Below are positions 47,372-56,389 of a stretch of DNA of 64,000 nucleotides, piece after piece (the first letter of the stretch is position 1; each line of letters starts with the position of its first letter). A program made the translations under genes and the position numbers. The stretch is from Pseudomonadota bacterium (lineage in GTDB: Bacteria; Pseudomonadota; Gammaproteobacteria; Methylococcales; Methylococcaceae), in NCBI GenBank assembly GCA_041158345.1, contig JBEBBO010000008.1, forward strand, positions 841-64,840, in the 5' to 3' direction. The notes under the pieces are model-generated. The model ran no database searches. It saw nothing but the letters and a program-made list of their open reading frames with translations, and had not been told where the DNA came from.

Positions 47372-49357
47372 ATGAGCGCATCCCCGACCCGAATTGAGCT
47401 CCTCTCCCCGGCCAAGACACCTGAAATCGGTATCGCCGCGATTAACCATGGCGCCGATGCGGTCTACATTGGGGGACCTTCCTTTGGTGCGCGGCACAAC
47501 GCAGGAAATTCGATCAGTGACATTGCGCGCCTTGTCAGCCATGCACACCGGTTCAACGCTCGAATCTTTCTGACCCTGAACACGATTCTTCGGGATGATG
47601 AACTCCCAAAGGCAAAGGCCCTGATTCAATCGGCCTATGATTGTGGCGTAGATGCCCTGATTATTCAGGATATGGGCCTGTTGATGCTGGATCTACCCCC
47701 AATCCAGCTCCATGCCAGCACCCAATGTGACATTCGAACGCCTGAAAAAGCCCGGTTTCTCCAGGATGCCGGGTTCTCTCAAGTCGTCGCCGCTCGCGAA
47801 CTTTCATTGAAGGATCTCACGGCCATGGCGTCCGTTCTGGACACCGCGATTCTGGAATACTTCATACATGGCGCGCTTTGTGTGGCCTACAGCGGGCAGT
47901 GTTATATCAGTCACGCCCAGACCGGCAGAAGCGCCAATCGGGGCGATTGCTCGCAGGCGTGCCGCCTCCCCTATGAGGTTCTGGACGACCAGGGCCGTGT
48001 CATTGCCCATCAAAAACATGTGCTTTCGGTCAAGGACAATGATCAAAGTGCCAACCTTGCCGCACTCATCGAAGCCGGTGTCCGAAGTTTCAAGATTGAG
48101 GGCCGATACAAGGATTTGGCTTACGTTAAAAACACCACCGCGCATTATCGGCAGCTTCTGGATGCGATCCTTGAGGATCAGCCGACCTTGAAACGCGTCT
48201 CCAGTGGCACCACCGTGTTCCATTTCAAACCGGAACCGGAGCGCAGTTTCAATCGCGGGTCCACCGACTACTTCGTCAACGGGCGACAGCAAGATATTGG
48301 GGCCTTCGACACCCCAAAGCCCCAAGGGCTTCCTCTCGGTTGGGTCATTCGAACGGGACAAGATCACCTGGATATCAGCCTGCATGATGGCGTCAGCGAT
48401 CTCAACAATGGCGATACCCTGACGTATTTCGATCTTCAGAAAGAACTGAAGGGATTCAGGATCAATACGGCAGAACCCATGGGTATCGGTCAATTCAGGG
48501 TCTATCCCAATGAGCCCATCAGCCAATTCAAGGATCTTCGTAAGGACGTCGAAATGTTTCGAAGTCGCGACATGGCTTGGGAACGTCTGATGGAAAGTGA
48601 TCGGACGTCTGAGCGGTTGTTGTCGATCGATGTAAAACTGGCTGAAACGCCTTCTGGGCTGATTTTAGAGATCATCGACGAAGATCAGCACGTCGTCACC
48701 CTTCGACGCGATCAGGCATGGCAACCGGCAAGAGATCTTGAGCAACAGACCCAAGCAATCCATGACGCACTGGGAAAATTGGGGGGTACGCGCTACAAGG
48801 CGCGTCAGATTCGCATTGAACCCCTCGATCTTTCAACGATCGGATTTTGGCCTGCATCCCTCCTGAATGGACTCCGTCGCGATGCCATTGAAGCCCTGGA
48901 TCAGCAGCGAGAAGCCCAATTCAAGCGTCTGGAACGCCATCCGGAATCCATGCCGCCACCGATCTACCCTGAAGACACCCTGAGCTATCTGGCCAATGTC
49001 TACAACCAGCCAGCGCAACAGTTCTACCTGAAACATGGGGTCAAAGTCGTCGAGGCGGCGTATGAAAGTCATGAGGAGACCGGTGAAGTCAGCCTGATGA
49101 TCACCAAGCACTGCATCCGTTTCTCACTCTCCCTGTGCCCTAAACAGACCAAGGGCGTCCTGGGTGTCCAGGGAACCGTGAAAGCCGAGCCCTTGCAGTT
49201 GATCAATGGCAATGAAAAACTGACGCTTCGCTTCGACTGCAAGGCCTGCGAGATGCATGTCGTTGGGAAGATCAAACGGCACATTCTTAAAGACGCGGTT
49301 GCGCAACCGATCACGTTCTACCGAACCCGGCCCAAGTCCGGAGCGCCCCGTCCATGA
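47372..49357 (+). CDS. U32-family peptidase-like protein (long YdcP/RlhA-like form)
   Basis: U32 N-terminal pattern ELLSPA...AAI..GADAVY.GG..FGAR, FLTLNTI, DALIIQD and E.FIHGALC..YSGQC. The length is ~660 aa. Confidence 0.8.
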   Translation: MSASPTRIELLSPAKTPEIGIAAINHGADAVYIGGPSFGARHNAGNSISDIARLVSHAHRFNARIFLTLNTILRDDELPKAKALIQSAYDCGVDALIIQDMGLLMLDLPPIQLHASTQCDIRTPEKARFLQDAGFSQVVAARELSLKDLTAMASVLDTAILEYFIHGALCVAYSGQCYISHAQTGRSANRGDCSQACRLPYEVLDDQGRVIAHQKHVLSVKDNDQSANLAALIEAGVRSFKIEGRYKDLAYVKNTTAHYRQLLDAILEDQPTLKRVSSGTTVFHFKPEPERSFNRGSTDYFVNGRQQDIGAFDTPKPQGLPLGWVIRTGQDHLDISLHDGVSDLNNGDTLTYFDLQKELKGFRINTAEPMGIGQFRVYPNEPISQFKDLRKDVEMFRSRDMAWERLMESDRTSERLLSIDVKLAETPSGLILEIIDEDQHVVTLRRDQAWQPARDLEQQTQAIHDALGKLGGTRYKARQIRIEPLDLSTIGFWPASLLNGLRRDAIEALDQQREAQFKRLERHPESMPPPIYPEDTLSYLANVYNQPAQQFYLKHGVKVVEAAYESHEETGEVSLMITKHCIRFSLSLCPKQTKGVLGVQGTVKAEPLQLINGNEKLTLRFDCKACEMHVVGKIKRHILKDAVAQPITFYRTRPKSGAPRP

Positions 49358-49887
49358 TGTCAGCCTTGCATCTGAAAATCGCTCTGTTGATCCTCTTGTT
49401 GGTCAATGCCCTGGTGTTCATGCTCCGCGGCGAACTGAACGACAGCTTCGATTCATTGGCCTGGATCGTCCTGATGGTCCTCTATGAAATCGAAACCGGT
49501 CGAATTCAACGACTTCAATCTGGCTGGCTTCAACTGCCCTGGATTCGAAATCTTGCCGTACTCGTCGTGGTATTCGCCGAATTGTCTTACTTCTTCGAGG
49601 GCGCCTGGCTGGATGGGGTATATTCCTTCCTTTGGCTGCTGGTGGTCGCTCTTTTCGAGTTCGAAAGTCGATATCCTGATGCCGTGAGTGCCCACCCTCA
49701 AGGCTTTCGGGCCGCTGGCGCGGGTCTGGTTTTGGGCATGATCGGCGTGATTGGCGCCTGGATTTCTGAACACGCCTATTTCAATGCCTACGATGGGCTG
49801 ATCTGGTCTCTGGCGTTTCTGATCATCGATCTTGACCTCATGGCCTCTGCCCTGGATCCAGCGGACCAACGTCGCCATCATTCCTGA
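49354..49887 (+). CDS. membrane protein of unknown function
   Basis: The start overlaps the previous stop (ATGA). There are 5-6 hydrophobic segments. Confidence 0.5.
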   Translation: MMSALHLKIALLILLLVNALVFMLRGELNDSFDSLAWIVLMVLYEIETGRIQRLQSGWLQLPWIRNLAVLVVVFAELSYFFEGAWLDGVYSFLWLLVVALFEFESRYPDAVSAHPQGFRAAGAGLVLGMIGVIGAWISEHAYFNAYDGLIWSLAFLIIDLDLMASALDPADQRRHHS

Positions 49888-49933
49888 CCTCATCTTCCCC
49901 ACATTCCCTGTGATTCAACCGACGCGCTCACTC

Positions 49934-50797
49934 ATGGAAAATTCCCTTCGCCACGTCGCCCCCATCGGGCGTTTGTTGTCCCTCCTCCTGGCGAGCCTTG
50001 TCTTTATCGGGGCAAGTCATGCGGCTTCCAAACGAATTGACGTCATTAGTACCCGGGTTGTGAGACCCGCCGGCGTTGCCGTGACGCCAGAGGGCAATGT
50101 CTGGATTTCAAACCAAGGTGACTGCTATCAGTTAGGTCTTTCAGGTTGCACCACCAATGCCTCCGTCATTTTAGTCACCCCCCAAGGGACCAAAACCTAT
50201 ACCGGATTTGCCTCACCTGCAGGGATTGCGGTGGATTCCAATGGCAATGCTTGGGTGGCCGATCTCGGCGGCAATAATGTTCAGCACATCAATGTCGCGG
50301 GCGGTGGCGTTGACCGCGTCCTGAGCGACCCCAATCTTCAACTGATCAATGGACCGACCTCTGTTGCTGTCGATAGTCAGGACAATGTTCTGATTGCCAA
50401 TCGCGCAACGCAGGTGATCAGCAAGTACTCCAAAACGGGGCAGTTCATTAGCTATCTCCAGATCAGTTCCAATCTGTTTTCTCTGGCCATTGGACCCGAT
50501 GACCGGCTGTGGATCGCCAATACGCAGGGTAATGCCATTTACTGCCCGTCTCTAGGGCTCAGTTTCAAGCTTCCACAGAATACGGCGCCCCATGCGCTGG
50601 CCATCGATCGAGACGGTAACCCTTGGGTCGCGAACTACAACACCTCTTCCGTTGTTCAATTCAACGCTAAAGGCCGGCCCTTGCGTGTCGTCAAATCCGG
50701 CGTTCGTTTTCCGACGGGTGTGGATTTTGATGCCGCCGGCAACCTCTATATCTCCAATTTCAGCCTCAATAACGTCGGCAAGTACCAAATCCGATGA
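49934..50797 (+). CDS. secreted NHL-repeat beta-propeller protein
   Basis: The ATG at 49934 gives a signal peptide (LLSLLLASLVFIGASHA). Motifs of the type P.G(I/V)AVD..GN.W(V/I)A(D/N) repeat about six times. Confidence 0.7.
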   Translation: MENSLRHVAPIGRLLSLLLASLVFIGASHAASKRIDVISTRVVRPAGVAVTPEGNVWISNQGDCYQLGLSGCTTNASVILVTPQGTKTYTGFASPAGIAVDSNGNAWVADLGGNNVQHINVAGGGVDRVLSDPNLQLINGPTSVAVDSQDNVLIANRATQVISKYSKTGQFISYLQISSNLFSLAIGPDDRLWIANTQGNAIYCPSLGLSFKLPQNTAPHALAIDRDGNPWVANYNTSSVVQFNAKGRPLRVVKSGVRFPTGVDFDAAGNLYISNFSLNNVGKYQIR

Positions 50798-50986
50798 TCC
50801 AATACCCTTTTTTGATCCACGAATTGATGAATCGCAGGGAACTCAATCGGACTTTATGGAGTCCTACTCAGAGGAAAAGTGAATCTGGATCAATTTCCTT
50901 TTCCATCTAGATTTGTAAAATTTCCATAAGAACCGGGGGACTCTCATGCGAGTCCAGATACTGAGACCTGAGGGAGGAACAGCGGA

Positions 50987-51526
50987 ATGAATGGTGCGAA
51001 GCGAGTGGCCAAGGCCGGACTGATTTTGAGTGCTCTGCTTGCAATCATGGGGCTCTCAAGCCCTGCCATTGCAGAGTCTGACAAGGAGATCGCGGAAAAG
51101 GCTGCCAAGCAGCGGGCGTTGGCGCGTGAGGGCGGCGATATGGATCACTCGCAACACAGCCTGCCGGGTGATAAAGGCAAGTTCAGAGGCGTTTTCTATG
51201 GTTATCTGCCCTGCAATGAACTGGACTGCAACGGCATCAAGATGACGCTCTCCCTTAATGCCAAGGATAATTACCTGCTGGTTATCCAGCCGGCCAAGCT
51301 GCTGAACCGCGAATCCTTTGAAAAAGGCAAGTACACCTGGGATGAGTCCAATCGAATGGTTATCCTAACGCCTAATAAGGAAGCCCCGATCCGCAAACTG
51401 CAGATCAAAGATGATGGTGCGCTTCTTTATGTGAATTCAGACGGTCGCCCCTTCCCCGGTAGCGAAAAACCCTACCTGATGGAACGCAGTGATCTTGCCG
51501 GCAACCGCGAGATGCATATTCACTGA
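50987..51526 (+). CDS. NlpE N-terminal-domain-like (copper-resistance/CutF-like) periplasmic protein
   Basis: Signal peptide, then FRGVFYGYLPCNELDCNGIKMTLSLNAKDNYLL, resembling the NlpE_N motif (Y.G.LPCADC.GI...L.L). Confidence 0.55.
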   Translation: MNGAKRVAKAGLILSALLAIMGLSSPAIAESDKEIAEKAAKQRALAREGGDMDHSQHSLPGDKGKFRGVFYGYLPCNELDCNGIKMTLSLNAKDNYLLVIQPAKLLNRESFEKGKYTWDESNRMVILTPNKEAPIRKLQIKDDGALLYVNSDGRPFPGSEKPYLMERSDLAGNREMHIH

Positions 51527-51551
51527 TCCCGTTGCTCCAAGAAACTCCGAT

Positions 51552-51581
51552 AAAGGCCCCTCATGTGGGCCTTTATGTTTT
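51552..51581 (+). terminator. rho-independent terminator
   Basis: AAAGGCCC, a 7-nt loop, GGGCCTTT, then ATGTTTT. It lies between convergent genes. Confidence 0.55.
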
Positions 51582-51590
51582 GGTCTGAAA

Positions 51591-53024
51591 TCAAACCGGA
51601 ATGCTCAGTACGGCGAGCACGCCACCTTCCGAGTGATTGGTCAGGCTGACCGAACCATAGTGGAGGTCCGCGACATGCTGAACCACATTCAGCCCAATGC
51701 CCGTTCCCTTGCGTCCGGTGGATTCCTTGGGCAAGGTGAAATACTTGTCGAAGACCTGATGAACGACGGCGTCCGGGATGCCATTTCCGTGATCCCTGAC
51801 ATGAATGGCTACGATTTTTCCCTGAGCCACAGCGGAAATGACCACACGTCTCCCCCGCGGGGAATGATCGATGGCGTTCTGTAACAAATTGCCCACAGCC
51901 AACTCCATGAGCACGGGTTCGCAGCGCACCTGGCAATCCACGTTCCCCTCCAACCGAAGATCGATGTGCTGCTGATCTGCCGAGTGACGATGCCCATTGA
52001 CGACGGCCTCCAAGACATCCCCGATCCGAATCGGGGTTAATTCAGTCAGGGCGTCCTGACGTTCGATGGCGGCGATGACCAACAATCGTTCGGTCACCTG
52101 TGTCATTCGATCACAGCAGGATTTGATTTCAGCAATGAGCTGTCGACGCTCTGAACCCTGATGGCTCCGCCCGAGAAGTTCGGTGTGTATTCGTACCGCC
52201 GTGATCGGATTTTTCATCTCATGCGCCAAACAAGCCACCATCTGCTCCATATGACGCTTTTCAGAAATGGCCTCATGCACACGATCCAACAGAATACCCA
52301 GACGACCAAATCGAGCTCTTCGAAGATTGGGCCTGAGAATGGGGCTGCCTCCCCGCGCCTGATCCAAACGCCCCAGCCAGATTTCAATCGGGCGGTACAA
52401 CAAGAGATAGGCTGTAAGCAGCAGAAGGACAGCCAATAGCCCTGTCGCGGCAAAGACTAATAACATGCCCTGTTCGACGGCGATCACCAGGGGCTTTAAT
52501 AAAACATTACTTTTCGAGGCAACCAGCGCCCCCAAAATGGTTTCACCGCGTCGAATCGGAAGCCCAACGGACATCCGATAGATGCCCTGCCCCTCGTCTT
52601 CATCCCTCCGAAGCACAAATCCTTCAAGTGCTGTGGCCACTTCAGGTCGTGAGGACACATCAGCCCCGAGCAACTTTCCGGCCGAATCATAGATGACCTG
52701 ACCCCTGGGATCCGTGATCAATAGATGCAGCACGAGACGATGTTCCACCTCGACGTCATAGAGTTTTGTATGGCTCAACTCGGAAAAAGGCCGAAATACC
52801 TCCGCCAAGGCCTCGGGTTGATCGAGGCCCCTGTCTGCGAGCGTCGCAACAGGACCTGCCAGCGCATGTGTGATCTCATTGAGGTACCCTTCTCTTAAAG
52901 AGTAAACCTTCTCTTCAAACGCCTGGATGGAATGCCAGGCAACGACCAGAAGGCCGATCGCTGCGATGAAAATCAGACCATAGAGGAGTTGGAGAGGTCT
53001 AGATCGATTTGTCAGCAATGGCAT
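51591..53024 (-). CDS. sensor histidine kinase with a periplasmic sensor domain between two TM helices
   Basis: H-box VACLAHEMKNPITAV, N-box LLQNAIDHSP, G1 DHGNGI, G2 GTGIGLNVVQHVADLHYG. The ATG at 53024 is preceded by GGAGGG. Confidence 0.85.
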   Translation of the reverse strand: MPLLTNRSRPLQLLYGLIFIAAIGLLVVAWHSIQAFEEKVYSLREGYLNEITHALAGPVATLADRGLDQPEALAEVFRPFSELSHTKLYDVEVEHRLVLHLLITDPRGQVIYDSAGKLLGADVSSRPEVATALEGFVLRRDEDEGQGIYRMSVGLPIRRGETILGALVASKSNVLLKPLVIAVEQGMLLVFAATGLLAVLLLLTAYLLLYRPIEIWLGRLDQARGGSPILRPNLRRARFGRLGILLDRVHEAISEKRHMEQMVACLAHEMKNPITAVRIHTELLGRSHQGSERRQLIAEIKSCCDRMTQVTERLLVIAAIERQDALTELTPIRIGDVLEAVVNGHRHSADQQHIDLRLEGNVDCQVRCEPVLMELAVGNLLQNAIDHSPRGRRVVISAVAQGKIVAIHVRDHGNGIPDAVVHQVFDKYFTLPKESTGRKGTGIGLNVVQHVADLHYGSVSLTNHSEGGVLAVLSIPV

Positions 53025-53616
53025 ACCCTCCATGCATCCCATCCAGTGGATCATCAATCCACACGGCGAGCGAGCGGGGCTCCCCCTCCACACGAAGATC
53101 CCGGTCCAATGCATCCTGATTGCCCCAAACGACCTGATCCAGCAGACCAGACGCCACCTTCTGTTCAATCTGCTGGCAATGAAGGCCGATGCCTTTTTGC
53201 ATATAGTATCCGTAGGATCGACAAGCGAGTGGACGATAGGGATAGATTCTGCAAGCGCCTTCGTCGGCATCGAGCATCGGGCACATCACCGGCATCGTCG
53301 CGCCGGCGAGCGATCCGATGTCTGTCAGGATGCGTTGACGTAGCTCAGCGGAGAGCGTCAGGAGCCCTGCTTTGAGCCGAAGCCATTCGGCACGCGTGAT
53401 GATCGGTAATTCAGCAAGCCGACGACAACAGCTGTCGCAGCCTCGGCGGCACAACCAATCCGGATGACTGCCACGTATGTTTTCAATCAGCCGTTCAATC
53501 CGGCTCTCGATTTCGTCCAGTGATGACACGAAGTGATCTCGGTTCCACCCGGTAACATTAAAAGCGATGGGCTGTGCTATTTTGCCCTGAAGATCCTTTG
53601 AACCGAAGCCCTTCAT
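52999..53616 (-). CDS. YkgJ-family Cys-cluster (CxxCxxCC) protein
   Basis: CRRGCDSCC...CPMLDADEGACRIYPYRPLACRSYG matches the zinc/iron-chelating UPF0153 pattern. Confidence 0.7.
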   Translation of the reverse strand: MKGFGSKDLQGKIAQPIAFNVTGWNRDHFVSSLDEIESRIERLIENIRGSHPDWLCRRGCDSCCRRLAELPIITRAEWLRLKAGLLTLSAELRQRILTDIGSLAGATMPVMCPMLDADEGACRIYPYRPLACRSYGYYMQKGIGLHCQQIEQKVASGLLDQVVWGNQDALDRDLRVEGEPRSLAVWIDDPLDGMHGGYAIADKSI

Positions 53617-53632
53617 TCAGGCAGCTACCCGC

Positions 53633-54412
53633 ATGAGCATCGCAAGCGCCCTCGAGGTGTTAAACACACTCCCGAAGACCCTTTCCCCCGTTCTTGAAAC
53701 CCTGAGCCGCTATGCCGCGCTACCCGTCATCGCCGCTATGGTGGGAACGCTGCTGGGTTCCTTCTATCGTTTGGGTCCCAAAGGCTTGAGCCATCTCCAG
53801 CATTTGGCTGCGGGCATTATCTTTTCAGTGGTTTCCGTTGAAATTCTGCCCGATGTGATTCATCGACAAAATCCGACCCTGTTGACGATAGGGTTCAGTG
53901 CCGGGGTTGCGTTCATGCTGCTGCTGGCGCATTTTTCAGAACATGCCGATGACTTGAAGCCGGGTAAACGGCAACGCATTCCGCTCGCCTTGGTTGCGGG
54001 CGTCGGGGTCGATGTCTTTCTGGATGGCTTGATTCTCGCCTTGACGATGCATACCCTGGAGAGCGCCGGTCGGCTCCTCTCGCTGGCTCTTTCGGTGGAA
54101 CTCCTCTCGGTGGGTCTCACGCTGACTGGGAGCCTGCGTAAATTGAAACGCTCACGCGGCTTCATTTTCCTACTGAACCTCGGCATCTTTTCCATGCTGG
54201 CGTTGGGAACGCTGGTGGGTATGGTGGGTCTTCCCTATCTTCCGGACAGCGCGTTGGATCTCGTCCTTTCATTTGGACTCGCCGCACTGCTCTTTCTCGT
54301 GACGGAGGAACTCTTGGTCGAATCACATCGAGAAGTCGATACCCACCTTTCCACCATCTTCTTCTTTGCTGGCTTTCTGGTCTTCCTGCTACTCGGCCAG
54401 CACCACGGCTGA
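53633..54412 (+). CDS. ZIP-family divalent metal transporter (tentative)
   Basis: About 8 TM segments with acidic or His residues inside helices (SVEILPDV, GVDVFLDGL, LSVELLSVG, VTEELLVESH), as in ZupT-like proteins. Confidence 0.55.
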   Translation: MSIASALEVLNTLPKTLSPVLETLSRYAALPVIAAMVGTLLGSFYRLGPKGLSHLQHLAAGIIFSVVSVEILPDVIHRQNPTLLTIGFSAGVAFMLLLAHFSEHADDLKPGKRQRIPLALVAGVGVDVFLDGLILALTMHTLESAGRLLSLALSVELLSVGLTLTGSLRKLKRSRGFIFLLNLGIFSMLALGTLVGMVGLPYLPDSALDLVLSFGLAALLFLVTEELLVESHREVDTHLSTIFFFAGFLVFLLLGQHHG

Positions 54413-54465
54413 AGCTATATTTTTGTTCGCCGTGATCTGGCTTGGCACGACACCCTCGCCATCAC

Positions 54466-54960
54466 TCAGAATTGACGGCCTGCATCCAACGCTGCCTGAA
54501 GTTTGCTTTCGTCGTCATGGGAGAGGGAGGACTGGAGCACCTTGCCGCCTGTGCCACGAATTTCCTCAAGGACCTTGTCGGTGGTGACTTTTCTGACCAG
54601 GATAAAGAGTGCTGAAGTTTCCGGTTTGAAACCTTCCGCTAAATCCTTCATGAATTGATCATTAATCCCGATATCACTGAGGGCACCCGATACGGCACCT
54701 GCACTGGCGCCGACCACGGCACCAAGAAGCGGATTCATAAAGATCAAACCAATCAATGCGCCCCAGAAACCGCCGCCGGTAGCGCCCATGGCCGTTAAGG
54801 GGAAGGCCTGATTCAGTTTGACCTTCCCGTCCTTGGACTTGATGGCTACAACGGCGTCTTCCAGATCAACGAGGTATTCACGTTGAAGCTTTAAGAGCTG
54901 CAATCTGATTTCATCGGCCTTGAAGGGATCGTCATAGCCGATCACGATTAATTCGCTCAT
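54466..54960 (-). CDS. DUF1269-domain membrane protein
   Basis: N-terminal LIVIGYDD..KADE....L......L.DAVV..K..DGK, a Gly-zipper TM region (GGGFWGALIGLIF...GAVVGASAGAVSGAL), and a C-terminal repeat of the first domain. Confidence 0.65.
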   Translation of the reverse strand: MSELIVIGYDDPFKADEIRLQLLKLQREYLVDLEDAVVAIKSKDGKVKLNQAFPLTAMGATGGGFWGALIGLIFMNPLLGAVVGASAGAVSGALSDIGINDQFMKDLAEGFKPETSALFILVRKVTTDKVLEEIRGTGGKVLQSSLSHDDESKLQAALDAGRQF

Positions 54961-55211
54961 GGGAAATCCTCCTTAGAGTGAAACGGGTTGCTAAAACAAT
55001 GACGCACAGGACGCGCTTTAGCACTTTGAGGAACGAAAATCGTAACAGTTCCGAACCCCGATAATAAGAGAGATCCTGCAGATAACTTTGAACCAAGGCA
55101 CCGCTAATCCGTCTACAATGGAGTGAGGGATCAAGGTCGCCTCCGGCAAAAGCCTGTTGGTTTCCAGCCTATTTTATTGGGGCTCAAGTCCCTCCGAATG
55201 CATCATCCCCC

Positions 55212-56384
55212 ATGAAGTTGATCAAAGGAATTTCCCGCCGTTGGCTGATCGGACTGACTGTCCTGTTGCTTGTGATCCTCGTCGGATTGAACCGCGGCCA
55301 TGCACCCTCCGAACCTGCGAAAGGCACCCCGGGGAAGTCTGCCCCCATCAGCGTCCGGACAGAATCGATCCGACAGGGTGATTTTGAAATCCATCTCAAT
55401 GCCCTCGGCACCGTGGCTGCATTCAACACCACGACCGTCAAATCGAGAGTCACCGGAGAACTGCTTCGAATTCATTTCAAGGAGGGCCAATACGTCAAGG
55501 CAGGCGATCTTCTGGCCGAAGTGGATCCTCGCATCTATCAAAGTCAGCTCGATCAGGCGCTAGGGAAGATCAGCAGCGATCGCGCACAGCTTCAGTTTGC
55601 GGAAGCCGAATTAGCCCGTGACGAGCGACTGATCAAAGAAGGGTACATCGCCCTCTCGCAGCTTCAGACGCAAAGCGCGAACGTCAATCAACTCAAGGGC
55701 GCGATTGCGACCGATCAGGGGCAAATCGATGCGGCCCGGGTCGAACTTTCATTTTGTAAGATCACCGCCCCCCTCTCCGGACGTGTAGGCCTCAAACAGG
55801 TCGATTTGGGCAACATTCTGAATGTCATGGATCCCGTGGTGGTGATCACCCAAATGCAGCCAATCTCCGTCATTTTCAGCATTCCGCAGGATTACAACAA
55901 ACGCCTGCAGGACCGCATGACTCAAGTGCCGGATCTCGCCATTGAGGCCTTCGATCGGGATGGACGCAACCTACTCGCTGTAGGCCGCGTGGCGAGCGCG
56001 GATAACTTGATCGATATGACTACCGGCACCCTGAAGATCAAAGCGCGTTTCGAGAATCAGGATCTTTCGCTCTACCCCAATCAGTTCGTCAATATTCGCT
56101 TGTTGCTCGATGTGCTTCCGGATCGGCTCATCGCTCCACGAAAGGCCGTGCAGCAGGACCCCAAGGGCTACCACGTCTTTGGTCTCAATTCGGACAACAC
56201 AGTCCGGACCCTGCCGGTGGTCCTGGGCGCATCGGAAGATGACAGGGTGGTGATCGAATCGGGTCTTGAGGCGGGACAAACCGTGGTGACCGAAGGCTTG
56301 GACAAACTGAGGGATGGAATCAAGGTCATCCCGATCGAGCCCGGTCCTCAAGCGGATTCAAAGCCCGCCAGCGCATCGCCCTGA
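55212..56384 (+). CDS. mdtA: RND efflux periplasmic adaptor (MdtA-like)
   Basis: Signal-anchor, then membrane-fusion-protein lipoyl, hairpin and beta-barrel patterns (V.AGD.LAE.DPR.YQ, ITAPLSGRVG). It precedes two RND permease genes. Confidence 0.85.
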   Translation: MKLIKGISRRWLIGLTVLLLVILVGLNRGHAPSEPAKGTPGKSAPISVRTESIRQGDFEIHLNALGTVAAFNTTTVKSRVTGELLRIHFKEGQYVKAGDLLAEVDPRIYQSQLDQALGKISSDRAQLQFAEAELARDERLIKEGYIALSQLQTQSANVNQLKGAIATDQGQIDAARVELSFCKITAPLSGRVGLKQVDLGNILNVMDPVVVITQMQPISVIFSIPQDYNKRLQDRMTQVPDLAIEAFDRDGRNLLAVGRVASADNLIDMTTGTLKIKARFENQDLSLYPNQFVNIRLLLDVLPDRLIAPRKAVQQDPKGYHVFGLNSDNTVRTLPVVLGASEDDRVVIESGLEAGQTVVTEGLDKLRDGIKVIPIEPGPQADSKPASASP

Positions 56385-56389
56385 GGCGA

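Noticed and set aside
47243-47629. 129-codon upstream extension of the alcohol dehydrogenase ORF
   Set aside because: It overlaps the start of the divergently transcribed U32 gene. The ATG at 47242 has a strong AAGGAG RBS and gives the canonical ~347-aa enzyme.
47804-48526. 240-aa minus-strand ORF inside the U32 gene
   Set aside because: Antisense shadow ORF with no motifs.
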